A DNA stretch of 63,135 nucleotides, counting the filler, from Perkinsus chesapeaki ATCC PRA-425 (taxonomy: Eukaryota; Protista; Perkinsozoa): the NCBI GenBank assembly GCA_013115145.1. It is 3 parts of 3 records of this genome, joined end to end, with 100 filler letters (N's around TTAATTAATTAA, not from the genome) between each part and the next. Parts side by side here need not be neighbours in the genome. Positions count along the whole stretch, not along the records: positions 1 to 25,632 come from JAAPAO010000520.1; 2 more parts are not named here. One strand, given 5' to 3'. Each line of letters starts with the position of its first letter. Positions within the stretch are counted from its first letter, which is position 1. Both the position numbers and the translations under genes were made by a program. Of this stretch, positions 12,106 through 22,945 are shown piece after piece. The notes beneath the pieces were generated by a model. The model saw nothing but the letters and a program-made list of their open reading frames with translations. It made no database searches and was not told the DNA's origin.

Positions 12106-13699
12106 ATGGCAGCCGTGGCAGCACAAAGTCCATCTCGGAAAGGGTCGCTGGAGTCACCGTCCCGGCGAGGATCTCGAAAAGTGATACAAGATGCGCCTTG
12201 GGGGCCTTCGAGTGAGCTCAGGTGTCTGTGGGTCCGACAGAGCAGCATCCTGAGATCCATAAGAATCGTCACGGTGCTGTAGCTGTGTGTTCAAGAGAAG
12301 CAGCGAAGGAGATAATCAGGCTAGGAGCAGAAGAGGAGAACGAGCACGGTGCGAGCTCAGATTCCCGCGGGGTGAGTTTTGAAATGGGTCGTTCAATCAA
12401 CCTATCGGGTATCTTATGTGTTTGTATATAAATGCCGGAATTTTTCCTTCGTGGCATTTTCAGGACTTGCCGAAACGCAGTAATTCCACCCTGACGGCCC
12501 CGGGCGTGTCGACGGACTTCATACAATCCGTGCTGCGTTCCGTACAAGCCAACCGCCGCCGTAAAAAGGAAATTCACGCCAAGGCCATGGAACAGCGGGA
12601 AGCCGATGCCAAGTATATCAGAAACAAAGTCGAACGGTGGGACTGTGGGCAGCGGCCTAGGAGGAGCCAGACCGATACGTTAGGTTTAAAGAGATGAGGG
12701 AAGAGCGATTTCAGCGCTTACTCAAGGCGCTGAACAGCCGCACTGAGCTTAAAGACGAAATTACTAACTTGCTTGATGGACACACTTTGATGGAAGAGAG
12801 CAGGTGGGGAATGTGAACGAGAGCAGGGGATAGAGGAACTTAGACGGTACGACGTGTGGAAGGGATGGACTGAAGGAGTCTGGGATAAAATACAGAGGCA
12901 ATGTGATCATCTCATCAATACGGTGGACAAGAACTTGGAAACACACTTCAGCAAAAGTAAAACAGTCACATTCTCGGTGAGACAGAACCGATGGCAACGG
13001 TTTCGGTAAGGGACGCTCAGATGACCGACGAGCCGAGGACAACCTCGGTTGACGTATCTCGGGACCCGACCAAATGGAGCCTTTACAGCGCGGCGCTTGA
13101 AGACAGGTTTGCAAGGTCGAGCAGGCGGGCTTTGAGCAGCGACGAGTCGAGCAGTAGCTGGTCGGGTCACCCGATGAGGAGTGTCATGCTAGACAGCACT
13201 GAGAGCGAAAGGTATGCTTGAACCTCGGATATGGGTGGAGGGGAATCAGGTATGCTACTGAGGTCCCTCGAGAAGAGCATCTCCATTCCATCGCACCACC
13301 ATCCTTGTTGGATCCATTGAAGAGACAGGGAAGCGTGTTGAGGAAGCATAGAAGTCGACCAGTGTTGGAGCCCATGGAATGGGGCTCTGTTAGATTGAAA
13401 GGTGGGTCGATACTAGTTCGGGTTGCACTGTATCTTCAGCCACCTCTTGCGGCCAGCTGGCAAGGTTAAGCGCTCCTCCGGGAGTCGAGATCCATTCTCG
13501 ACCGCTTAAGCGAATGGACGGTTTTGTCGACGCTGAAGACATGCAGGTAGCAAACATCATCACACAGTCGCTTTTAGCTCTTCCGTCTCCTGCAGGCCTC
13601 CGCAGCAGGGTTGAGGCGGACCAGTGAGCGGCACAGAGACCTCGGTATCCTGGCCCCTGGAAAGCCATTCGTTCGCAAAGAGGGACAGTCTGCTTTGTA
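12106..13699 (+). CDS. Multi-exon hypothetical coiled-coil protein, FAM228-like (approximate ends)
   Basis: Exons flanked by GT/AG read DFIQSVLRSVQANRRRKKEIHAKAMEQRE, EERFQRLLKAL, WKGWTEGVWDKIQ and LLDPLKRQ; the resemblance to FAM228 is from memory only. Confidence 0.45.
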
Positions 13700-14449
13700 A
13701 GCTTCATTTTAGGTCTTGTGTTTTGATCTCGCCATCTCAGGTATAAAGACATGGTGACATATGCCTCCTGCGGTGCACCATGCCAAGGGCACTTCCACTT
13801 CCCCACCTCTAAGGCCTCAGTAGACCGAGAATTCCCTCGTGGAAAGAAGATGTGGGAGACTCCCCCGGGGACAGTGCCCGGGTATCTTATTCGTGGTGAA
13901 AAGAAGGGGAAAAGTTGAATGCATGTGATTGAGCTGTTATGTATCATTTACGGTGTTATTGTATCTGATATTGCGTTATCTCACGGGGCGACCACCCTCG
14001 GCAGAAATGCTGGTGAAGCTGGTCAACTTCCATTCGGCGTAAAGATACTTCGGAGGTTGATAGATAGCATAAGCGGCTGGTCATTAAATTTGGGAACTAA
14101 ACCGTGAGGCATGTTCTACCTCTGAACCCCTCCAAGGTTATTCTATATGTGCTTGAAAGCCAGCCGCAAAAGTCCCGGTTGGGAGGAGGCTCGTAGCATG
14201 TACGCATGCACAAAGGAGTAGCGGGCGCCCATAATGTCTTCATTGTCATCTTCTTCTTCGGCGGTGGACTCTGAACGTCTGATGATTCGACAAAGCGTTT
14301 ATTGTGCGAATATTTAGAGAACGCTGTCCCCTTTTTGTGACTTGTGGTGTTGTTATTGCTAGTGCATCCGATACTACTGCCGCTATAACGGTTAGTCCAA
14401 TTTTTTAGTTCCTTCTTTGTACTTTCGTCGTCGTCGGCTACGGAGTAGA

Positions 14450-15877
14450 ATGCTGAATCAGACTCAGGAAAAGCAGAAGAACGTTCCCTGGCTATATAGG
14501 GGATACCCTCAGGTGGTCATCACAGGCATTATTGCCTTCTGCTGCCCCGGCTTCTTTAATGCCATCCAGGGTCTGGGTGGTGCTGGTAATGCTAACCCAT
14601 CTGCCAATGATCCAGCCAATATTGCACTATACGTATGTTTTGCTATATTCGGTTACTTGGGTGGTTTCTTCTTCAACATTATGGGCCCTAGAATATTAAT
14701 GTGTGTTGGTGGTCTAAGTTATGCTTTCTATGCCGCAGCAGCCTATGTTTCCGGACATGTAGCCGGAACTGGTTGGTTATTTATATTAGCTGGTGCTGTA
14801 TGTGGTCTAGGTGCAGGTTGGTTATGGACTGCCCAAGGTGCATTAATGATGGCATATGCTCCAGAGAACAGGAAGGGCCATTATATTACCACATTCTGGG
14901 TTATATTCAACCTTGGTGGTTTTATCGGTGGTATCCTACAATTTGCTTTGAACTTTAGTGAGAGTTCCGGTGGAGCTAGTTCAGCTTCTTACTTTGTATT
15001 TATTGCTATTATGGCCGTCGGTGGCATAATGTCTCTGTTCTTATTGAAAAGCCCGTCAAAGGTCGTATTGGAGGACGGCAATAAGGCTGTAATGGCCCAA
15101 GCAAAGGGGGCCAAGGAGGAGTTGCTGGACGCTATGTCGGTTATACTGGATAAGAACATGCTCTTGCTTATGCTTCTTTTCTTCGGTTCTAATTTCTTCT
15201 ATACATACGTTTTCAACTGTGTAAATGGTGCGTTGTTTACCATCCGTACTAGAGGCCTTAACTCTGCTCTATACTGGTTAGCTCAGATGGCTGGTGCCTG
15301 GATAAGTGGTATAATACAGGATGACCCAAAGAGAAGTATGGCTCGAAGGGCCAAGAATGGTTTCTGGTTCATGTGTATTACATTCAACATCACATATGCA
15401 CTGGGTTGCTATCTTCAATATGGCTATCATGGTGGTTATGATCGGTACCATAACGTCGTTGAGCCCGAGGACCAGATCGATCTTACCGACTACTACTATT
15501 GGTATCCTCTCATTGTCTACATTCTCTACGGTTTCAGTGATTCAGTAGTGCAGACTTTCTCCTACTGGATCATGGGTGCTATTGCTGGTGATGATGCTGG
15601 TCTAGCTGCCCGATATACTGGCCTCTACAAAGGTGTTCAAAGTGTTGGTGCTGTGATATCGTGGACAATTGATTTACCGCAGCTGAGAGTGCCCTATTCG
15701 GCCCAGTTCTGGATATGCTGGATTCTGTTTATTATATCACTACCAACTACTTATATTATTACTCGTAAGGTTGGTAAGAGATCTGTAGAGATCGTCGATG
15801 CCACCAACTATTCCTCATCCTCTTCTTCGGACGAGGATGGTAGCACCCCGACAAAGATTGAGGGTGGTTTAAACTAA
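14450..15877 (+). CDS. MFS transporter, UNC-93-like (intronless)
   Basis: About 12 hydrophobic segments; FCCPGFFNAIQGLGGAG, GAGWLWTAQGALMMAYAPENRKGHYITTFWVIFNLGGFIGG, RTRGLNSALYWLAQMAG, ARYTGLYKGVQSVGA. First ATG at 14450, after a T-tract/AG acceptor near 14408. Confidence 0.9.
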   Translation: MLNQTQEKQKNVPWLYRGYPQVVITGIIAFCCPGFFNAIQGLGGAGNANPSANDPANIALYVCFAIFGYLGGFFFNIMGPRILMCVGGLSYAFYAAAAYVSGHVAGTGWLFILAGAVCGLGAGWLWTAQGALMMAYAPENRKGHYITTFWVIFNLGGFIGGILQFALNFSESSGGASSASYFVFIAIMAVGGIMSLFLLKSPSKVVLEDGNKAVMAQAKGAKEELLDAMSVILDKNMLLLMLLFFGSNFFYTYVFNCVNGALFTIRTRGLNSALYWLAQMAGAWISGIIQDDPKRSMARRAKNGFWFMCITFNITYALGCYLQYGYHGGYDRYHNVVEPEDQIDLTDYYYWYPLIVYILYGFSDSVVQTFSYWIMGAIAGDDAGLAARYTGLYKGVQSVGAVISWTIDLPQLRVPYSAQFWICWILFIISLPTTYIITRKVGKRSVEIVDATNYSSSSSSDEDGSTPTKIEGGLN

Positions 15878-17803
15878 ACCACGAGTGAACACGACGAGCG
15901 CTATTTTAAAGTAGTTGTGGTATTATCCTCATCATTCAGCAAGAGTGTTGATCTTGTCCCTTCTACAACGGGCTTCCCTGATCTATACAAACTTCTTATA
16001 TTCGTCGACTCTTATACCACTTCTATGGCTATGACTTTGTGGTGATAGCAGCAGCATCATCAGTAGCAACAGCTGAAAGGTGTTCTCTTAGCAACATCGA
16101 TGTTTCGATGATGAGATGAGTTACTCTTTGTTCCTCCTCACTTGGTCGTCGTCTGTTGATATCGGCAGACAAACACTGTCATTTATTTACAACGTGCATC
16201 TTTGGATCCAAATCGGCTATGTGGTTGTTTTGTCCATCGATGATCACGTTGTGAATCCCCACTGCTTCTCCTTATGGAGAGATTGTTTGCGTAGTCATCA
16301 TCATCGTCGTGATTGTGAATCATCGCACACTGCTATACCAACATCATTCCTCGTCACAGAGGTTTGGCTAGTACTACCAACTCATGCTATGTCTTCTTCC
16401 TCAACCTAGGCTGAGAGTCCCGTTTTCTGACCATTATACTTTAGTAGACGAGCTTCGCCTATGATGGTCTTAGTCGTCGTCTTCTTCTCCGTCTTAATCC
16501 AGCCCTTGTTTCATCATCATCAACAACCATAAGCCTTGCTACCATTGTGTGATGCTACCGCTGGTATATTGTATAGGTTAAGTTTCTTGTATAGTTACTG
16601 AGGTTGCAGTTATCTTCTTCGAAATCCACTAAGTGTGGTGGTAGATGATATCACAAGCCATCCAGCCACCGCTTAGTGTGGTAGGCGTTAACCTCGTTAT
16701 CATCATTATTAATACTTAAAATACGATGATTGTACTGTACACTGCGTTAGTCCTTCGTCGTTTGTTGTGCTATTATTAACTTGCAGTGCATATTAAAAGT
16801 AATGTAATAAGTAGTAGTAGTACTATAGACTTCAATGACTTGCTCATTATTCTTACACAGTGTGCATCATCTACATCTGTGTTCCTTCTCCTCTTAGTTT
16901 ATATCTCATTGGATCTTACTGAGTCGGTTCGAAGGTGTCGTGACCGAATCAGAGAGAGCGAGAGGCCAGATGCCAATCACAGGTCATCCCTACCAGTCGA
17001 CCGTTTCCGATTTACTATATCCTTTCACACATAATCAACAGCTTTGTGTTGAATAATAGGTTGGAAATAGTCTACTCGGCTTCGTGAACTTCAAAAGCGG
17101 CCATGCACCGTATCAACTTATTTATCTATACCAGTAAAGTATTCAAAACTTTCATTGTTAGCGTACACCCTCAAGTCGAAAGCCGTAAATTGCAGATGGG
17201 GGATCAAGATACTCTTCAAACTGCCATCGTTTCCACCATTGAGGCCAACAGAGCCCGCTATAGACTACAGAATGTCTTGCGGTAATCAAGGTTGTGGTGT
17301 TCCGACGTTTCAGCGTATTTCTCGCTCGCCTTTTAAAGCGTATCTTTTAATCTCGCTCGCCCAAAATCTTGGTTTCTTCGTCGACCTCGATCGATCCTGT
17401 CTCTGAACGTTGTTGATTTCGTTGTCTCTAATTGAGTTGTTTGAGGTTACTGACTGTATAGAGTAGAATGTTCCCTCTTTTATGGCGTATTTCGTCTCTT
17501 ATATGCACTAGTGTTATCCTATGGCTCCCTTGGGCGAATCATGGCCATTTCTTTCAGTCGTGGTATTGTGTTCGACCGGCGGGGGGGAAATGCCTGTTTG
17601 AGCGATCCCCTTCAACCACTTTATTTATTCTATATCCACTCGTTGTGAGCCTATCCTCCCTTGTAAGCGCGTATGCATACGTTTTACCACGCCTAGTCGG
17701 TCTTGATGCGTTCCTCGAGAAATTTGCTTATTATTTCGAGATTCGTCTCCGGTAACGTTGCTTAGTAGCGTTGCAAGGCTTTCCTCGCATTCCTTCTGCA
17801 CTA

Positions 17804-18688
17804 ATGCGATTCATCGATCTCATCTTCCTTGCTACGATGGCCACCGTTAGCGTGGCTCAAACCACTACCACCGTTGCGGCCACTACCACCGTTGCGGCCA
17901 CTACCACCGTTGCGGCCACCACCACCGTTGCGGCCACTACTACTGCCGCCGCCACCACCACCGCTGCGGCGACTACAACCGCTGCGGCCACTACTACTGC
18001 CGGCGCCACTACTACTGCCGCTGGCACCACCGCCGCCGCCACTACTACTGCTGCTGGCACCACTGCTGCCGCCACTACCACTGCTGCTGGCACCACTGCC
18101 GCCGCCACTACTACTGCTGCTGGCACCACTGCCGCCGCCACTACTACTGCTGCTGGCACCACTGCTGCTGGAGCCACTACTACTGCAGCTGCGACCACTG
18201 CCGCCGGTACCACGGCCGCCGCCACCACTGCCGCCGCCACCACTGCCGCTGGCACCACTGCTGCAGCTACCACTGCCGCTGGCACTACTGCCGCGGCTAC
18301 CACTGCTGCAGCTACTACTGCCGCTGGCACTACTGCCGCGGCTACCACTGCTGCAGCTACTACTGCCGCTGGCACTACTGCCGCGGCTACCACTGCTGCA
18401 GCTACTACTGCCGCTGGCACCACCGCTGCTGGCGCCACTACAACCGCCGCCGCCACCACTACTGCTGCAGGCGCCACTACTACCGCCGCCGGCTCTACGA
18501 CTACAGCTGCTAGCAACACCACCACGGCTGCTAGCAACACTACTACTGCCGAGCCAAGTAAGACATCAGACTTTTTATGTTCTCAGTGTGACTTTTCTCC
18601 TTCAGCTACCACTACAGAGCCAGTCAGCAGTGCCTTCGGCATTTCTGTCGCCGCGGCTACTCTACTTGCGTTGGCCAACCTTGCTTAA
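17804..18688 (+). CDS. Thr/Ala-rich mucin-like surface protein with signal peptide and GPI-type C-terminal signal
   Basis: MRFIDLIFLATMATVSVAQ leader, then more than 200 aa of TTAA/AATTTAAG repeats, ending SSAFGISVAAATLLALANLA*. Probable 48-nt intron at 18558-18605. Confidence 0.85.
   Translation: MRFIDLIFLATMATVSVAQTTTTVAATTTVAATTTVAATTTVAATTTAAATTTAAATTTAAATTTAGATTTAAGTTAAATTTAAGTTAAATTTAAGTTAAATTTAAGTTAAATTTAAGTTAAGATTTAAATTAAGTTAAATTAAATTAAGTTAAATTAAGTTAAATTAAATTAAGTTAAATTAAATTAAGTTAAATTAAATTAAGTTAAGATTTAAATTTAAGATTTAAGSTTTAASNTTTAASNTTTAEPSKTSDFLCSQCDFSPSATTTEPVSSAFGISVAAATLLALANLA
17862..18550 (+). repeat. Coding low-complexity tandem repeat (ACC/ACT/GCC/GCT codons)
   Basis: Directly visible repeats such as accaccgttgcggccact, gccactactactgctgctggcaccactgcc and gcggctaccactgctgcagctactactgccgctggcactactgcc. 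Confidence 0.95.
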
Positions 18689-20175
18689 GGCTTTTATTAA
18701 TTTACGACTACTTCACCAAGTAAGCTTGTTTCTGACTAGTCACGTTCGATATGTGGCTTTTCTTTTTCAGCTGCCAGTACAGAGCCAGTCATCAGTGCTT
18801 GGCGCGGCTCCTCTACTCGGTTGTGCGTAAGCCCCATTAATTTTTGATTCTTATTTCAATGAAGGATGGAGAGTGTGGAGTCATGATGCTCTGACATCGC
18901 GAAGTTCGATGCTCTGGTGTCATGCGGATGAACATGTGTTGAAAGATGTTAAACAATCGACTGCGTCGTGTTGATAGTATGATAAATAGAGTTCACAAGG
19001 GGTCATTCACGAGTGGTACGCCGATCCTAACGTCAAGGATGTACAATATAACTGTGTGCCAACAGTGTTGCCGCAACAGAAACAGGCAAATGAGGAGTCA
19101 ACTCCGGCTCTCCTGCTTTCCCTGTTAAAGCGTATATCGATCAGGCTACTGGTGCGTATAGCAACATACTCTGTACCAGCTCCATACTCGCGCGATGCAG
19201 CGGACTAGTTTCGGATGACGGCTACTTGCCGACGATTCCGCCCGGCCTACTTGGACACTCGCCGACTAACTTAGTTGAACTAAGGGGTTCCAATTCATGT
19301 ATTCGGTACCTTAGCGCTCGACATTAAGACTCGAGTAAGCGAACTCGAGTTAACGGTTGATTCTAGGACTAGTTTTAATCCTAAAACAATATAGCTCGTA
19401 CAGACAATTGATAACCACCGAAACTGTGTGATTCATTTTGGGATGAATTTTCAACTCGTGCAAAATGATTGATCAACGCAACTGCCAAGTACAGTAAAAA
19501 CCTTGCGATACAAGACTTGAAAACTTCGTATGGTGAATCAAGTCAAGGTAAAGTCAAGACTTAAAGCACCACCTTTGTAGATTCGTAGGATGATCGGCGG
19601 CTTCCTATCAGGAGCTTTACGAGTGTACAGCACAAGTTTGGTGAGGATATTTTAAGGCTAGGATCCTTATGGTAAAGACGTTCTAATCCAAGAGCGCTTG
19701 TTAACTCTGTCTATCATCAAGTTAATGGTTGATGATATCAACCATCGTTCATCCGCTCTACACTGTAGGGTCTACACTTGTCCACATTTGTGCACATAGT
19801 TGTAGCTCGAACCGCCATTCGAGGACGGCGACTGGTAAAAATATGCTGTTGATTATGTGGTTGAATTGAGGCTGGGGCTCTCAACCATCACAAAACCTAA
19901 ACTGCGCTACGTGCCTTATCCTATACCTCCATGACTTAATGGTCCAAAGGTTACTGGGCGTGCTCATGCTGCAGACGACCCGGGGTCGATCCTCGGTAGC
20001 TGTACCTCTCCCTATATGGAAGCTGCGCCGTGTTACGGCTTGCTAGTCCAACACCTTAATTCGCGTTAGTATCACTATAGGGTCGCCGGGCAGGACCACA
20101 CTACTACCGAACACGACAACTCATAGATAGAAAAATGATTCTTCAAAAATCCCCGTACATACACGAGATAAGCTA

Positions 20176-21607
20176 TCACAGAGATGATTCACCTGCTGTC
20201 AAGGCAAGGATATTGAAGCGAATCTCGTCGGGATCTCGTTTCATGAACACGTTCTTGACCACATCAACAGTACGTTGCAAGACCTAAACAAGCAAGGAGC
20301 TATATAATAATGCAACACAGCAGCTACTGATTCAGTTGAGGAACTTGAGAGTAATCCAAACGAATACAGTATACCTTACATAAAGGTAGTTCATTCGTGG
20401 TTCTGATAGCCGACAGAAGGCCCGAAGAAACTCTTCGGGTTCAACTTTATTGCTTACTGCTACCATAAGATATATCATTCCAACACCCTCCACACTTTTG
20501 TTAAAAAGACCCCGGGGCGGCCGCCACCCCACATGTGATCCAGCCCGCGGCACCGAGAATAATACGAAATGATGATCAATTGTCACATAGTGATAATCAC
20601 AGCAACGAGCGCACTCAGATGCACAGTGACCGAAATGGTGGTGTTAAAAACGACGATAGAGCCTCGGCAAACTTCGATGATGAAATTGCATCCTCACCTG
20701 ATCCTCACTGCATTTCCCATGTGGGATCGGCGAAGGTTTGCGGCCGTCTAACTCGAGGAGTTTCCCGTCCACAACTACGAATGCCACGAAGTGCGTGTTA
20801 ACCTATAAGTAGAGGACTGGATGCGACAGGCTGCGGTGAGTGCAATGCCTTACAGATTCATCCTCCGCCGGGGGACGACTCTGGCCCTGATGCTCAGCCT
20901 GATTCGGAAACCACACTATCGTAAATGACCTGGTCTGATTGGGCACCTGTCGGTGGGCCTTCTCGAGCTTATCATCCTCTTCTATATAAACTGCCCGCTC
21001 ATCTGGTGTCATTGACTTGGTATTGTTGAGTAATTCAGCGATGTAGGAGTTATCGGCTGCGGCCCAACCCGTCCCAATCTTATCTACATCAACAATCGGC
21101 TCACCATATTCAACTCCAACTTTCCCATTCATGTTCGCCATGCAGTGTATCAGTCCTATTGTGCCACACGCATTACCAACTCGCTGTTTCGTGAAATAAG
21201 CCTGACCGAGAAGCAGTAATAACGGCAGCACCTTCCTCGCACGACTGTACGGCTGCGGGAATCTCCTCTTTTTTAACAGCTTCAATCCGTCCCTTGTCAT
21301 CCTCTTCAGTGGAGTCCTTAATAGGAAACAATAGTACCTGAAACCCGTGCATTCCACAGGCCAGCCGCAAATAGCCTTCGCCGCGCACAACTGCAACAAC
21401 TGGTTGAGGCACCATATCCAGAGCCCAGTCCTCGACCGATAGAACATCCGTGAAGTGTAGAAAGGAGGGCAGGCCTGATGACATTGCCCCAGATACTGCA
21501 GAGGTGCCAACGGTACTACCAAGCCCACGGGCGTAGCTTGTCATCACTTCTGGGTTGGCCTCTAGGGGAAGCCAGCGCTTACCTCTGCCATCGGATGCGT
21601 TAGTCAT
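20176..21607 (-). CDS. Ubiquitin C-terminal hydrolase, peptidase C12 (UCH-L1/L3-like, multi-exon)
   Basis: [35 protein letters not shown] (catalytic Cys), VNTHFVAF (His), LELDGRKP (Asp), last exon [16 protein letters not shown]...*. Confidence 0.92.
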
Positions 21608-21738
21608 TAAAAGGCGATCACGAGCTCTTCCCAATGACAACGTTACTGCAACACAACAAAACCGTTGTCGAACGGTGGTCGTCGAAGAGTCAACTACATC
21701 TTATCATTATTATTCTACATAGATACACAGATACACAG

Positions 21739-22836
21739 TCAATGGCTAAGCTCGATCCACGTCACTTCCCCCGAGCCTCCCTCGGAAACGAGTTGCCTTT
21801 GCAAAACGTCGATCTTCTTGCCTTTACGGCTAAGCAGCGCAACCGGTCTGCCGTGAACCAGCTCTTTCTTAGAGATATCGAAGCGGCCAGTATCACCGAC
21901 GAACTTCACAGACAGTGTACCGTCGATAACATTTTCCGCATCCGCCCACTTCTGAATCCATCCTTTCAGTTCATCATCCTCTCTATCTGCCGGATGCAGG
22001 GCCACTGTTATTCCCGTGACAGGCGTGCAGATATCACCAGGGTGAACTCGAAGGTGCGTCTTGTCAATTACTTCACACCCATCGATAATCGGGTACTCCA
22101 TCTTGCCCACCGGAGACTCTCTTGGCACCGTCAACGAGAGGCTAGCAGTTCGCCACTCGCAGTTCCTCATCCTTCTCAGACGGATCTCGTACAAATCCAA
22201 CAGGGAAAAGAAATGCCGGAGAAAGCTCGCGTGGGAGACAATCACGTACACAACGTCATCGCTCCATTGGTTCTCCTGCAGATCCTCGCGGATCAAAGCC
22301 ACCAAGTTGCGAACCCTTTGGTCAACCTCCTCCCGAGTCTCCCTCGGATGCTCGGCGGTCATAACGTCCATTTCGTGCCCATCGCCTTTCATTTCTATCC
22401 CGATCTCTGGTCCGAAAAACTCCTTGGCATTCGCCTCCACCTGCGAGAGTGACGGCCGAGTATCACAAGTATGCAGACCGCACTGCTCTCTCGCCCAGTC
22501 AGTCACTATCACCGAATCGCCCGCGAGATGCTCACGCCAAGGCTCGCTCACAATAGCTGCCGTCTCTATGGTTCGTCGAAGAGTGCTGCAGATGAGCCTC
22601 ACTTTCTTAGCGCATCGGACCCCGACCGGGGCGCCTGCCATTCGGGCTTGCTGGCGGCCGAAGTCGGTGAGCTCCGCATCTTGATAGCATGGGTCTGTGA
22701 AGATGTCCTCTCTGGAAACATTGGCTGGCCTCGTGCGGGAGGCGACATTATGTGTAGCCTCACCGTGCCGTAAGAAGTATACAGTGACCGACGATCGAGA
22801 CGGAGATGACGCTGTGGGGGGAAGGGAAGACGACAT
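21739..22836 (-). CDS. Histidine phosphatase (phosphoglycerate mutase-like) with an extra C-terminal domain, intronless
   Basis: VYFLRHGEATHN (RHG motif), DAELTDFGRQQA, CSTLRRTIETA, AREQCG, RETREEVDQRV, VIVSHASFLR. Confidence 0.88.
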   Translation of the reverse strand: MSSSLPPTASSPSRSSVTVYFLRHGEATHNVASRTRPANVSREDIFTDPCYQDAELTDFGRQQARMAGAPVGVRCAKKVRLICSTLRRTIETAAIVSEPWREHLAGDSVIVTDWAREQCGLHTCDTRPSLSQVEANAKEFFGPEIGIEMKGDGHEMDVMTAEHPRETREEVDQRVRNLVALIREDLQENQWSDDVVYVIVSHASFLRHFFSLLDLYEIRLRRMRNCEWRTASLSLTVPRESPVGKMEYPIIDGCEVIDKTHLRVHPGDICTPVTGITVALHPADREDDELKGWIQKWADAENVIDGTLSVKFVGDTGRFDISKKELVHGRPVALLSRKGKKIDVLQRQLVSEGGSGEVTWIELSH

Positions 22837-22945
22837 TATAAAACACTCAAACCTACTATGAGGCACTCAATGCTGATGACACTATAAAACGCAGGGGGAC
22901 AGTTCTGCACACAATTGGAGACGTGTGTTCATGGAGTCGCTACTT

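Noticed and set aside
14701-15548. Short alternative-frame ORFs inside the MFS gene, and most other 60-100 aa ORFs in the track
   Set aside because: They overlap well-supported genes or lack motifs and splice support; this many are expected by chance.
17829-18830. 333-aa Pro/Leu ORF and 227-aa antisense Val/Ala ORF over the mucin
   Set aside because: These are frame shadows of a stop-free ACN/GCN codon repeat.
20070-20083. tcactataggg resembling a T7 promoter (vector contamination)
   Set aside because: Only the 3' half matches and there is no other vector sequence.
21634-22684. 272-aa and 207-aa plus-strand ORFs
   Set aside because: They are antisense shadows of the histidine phosphatase, which carries the real motifs.
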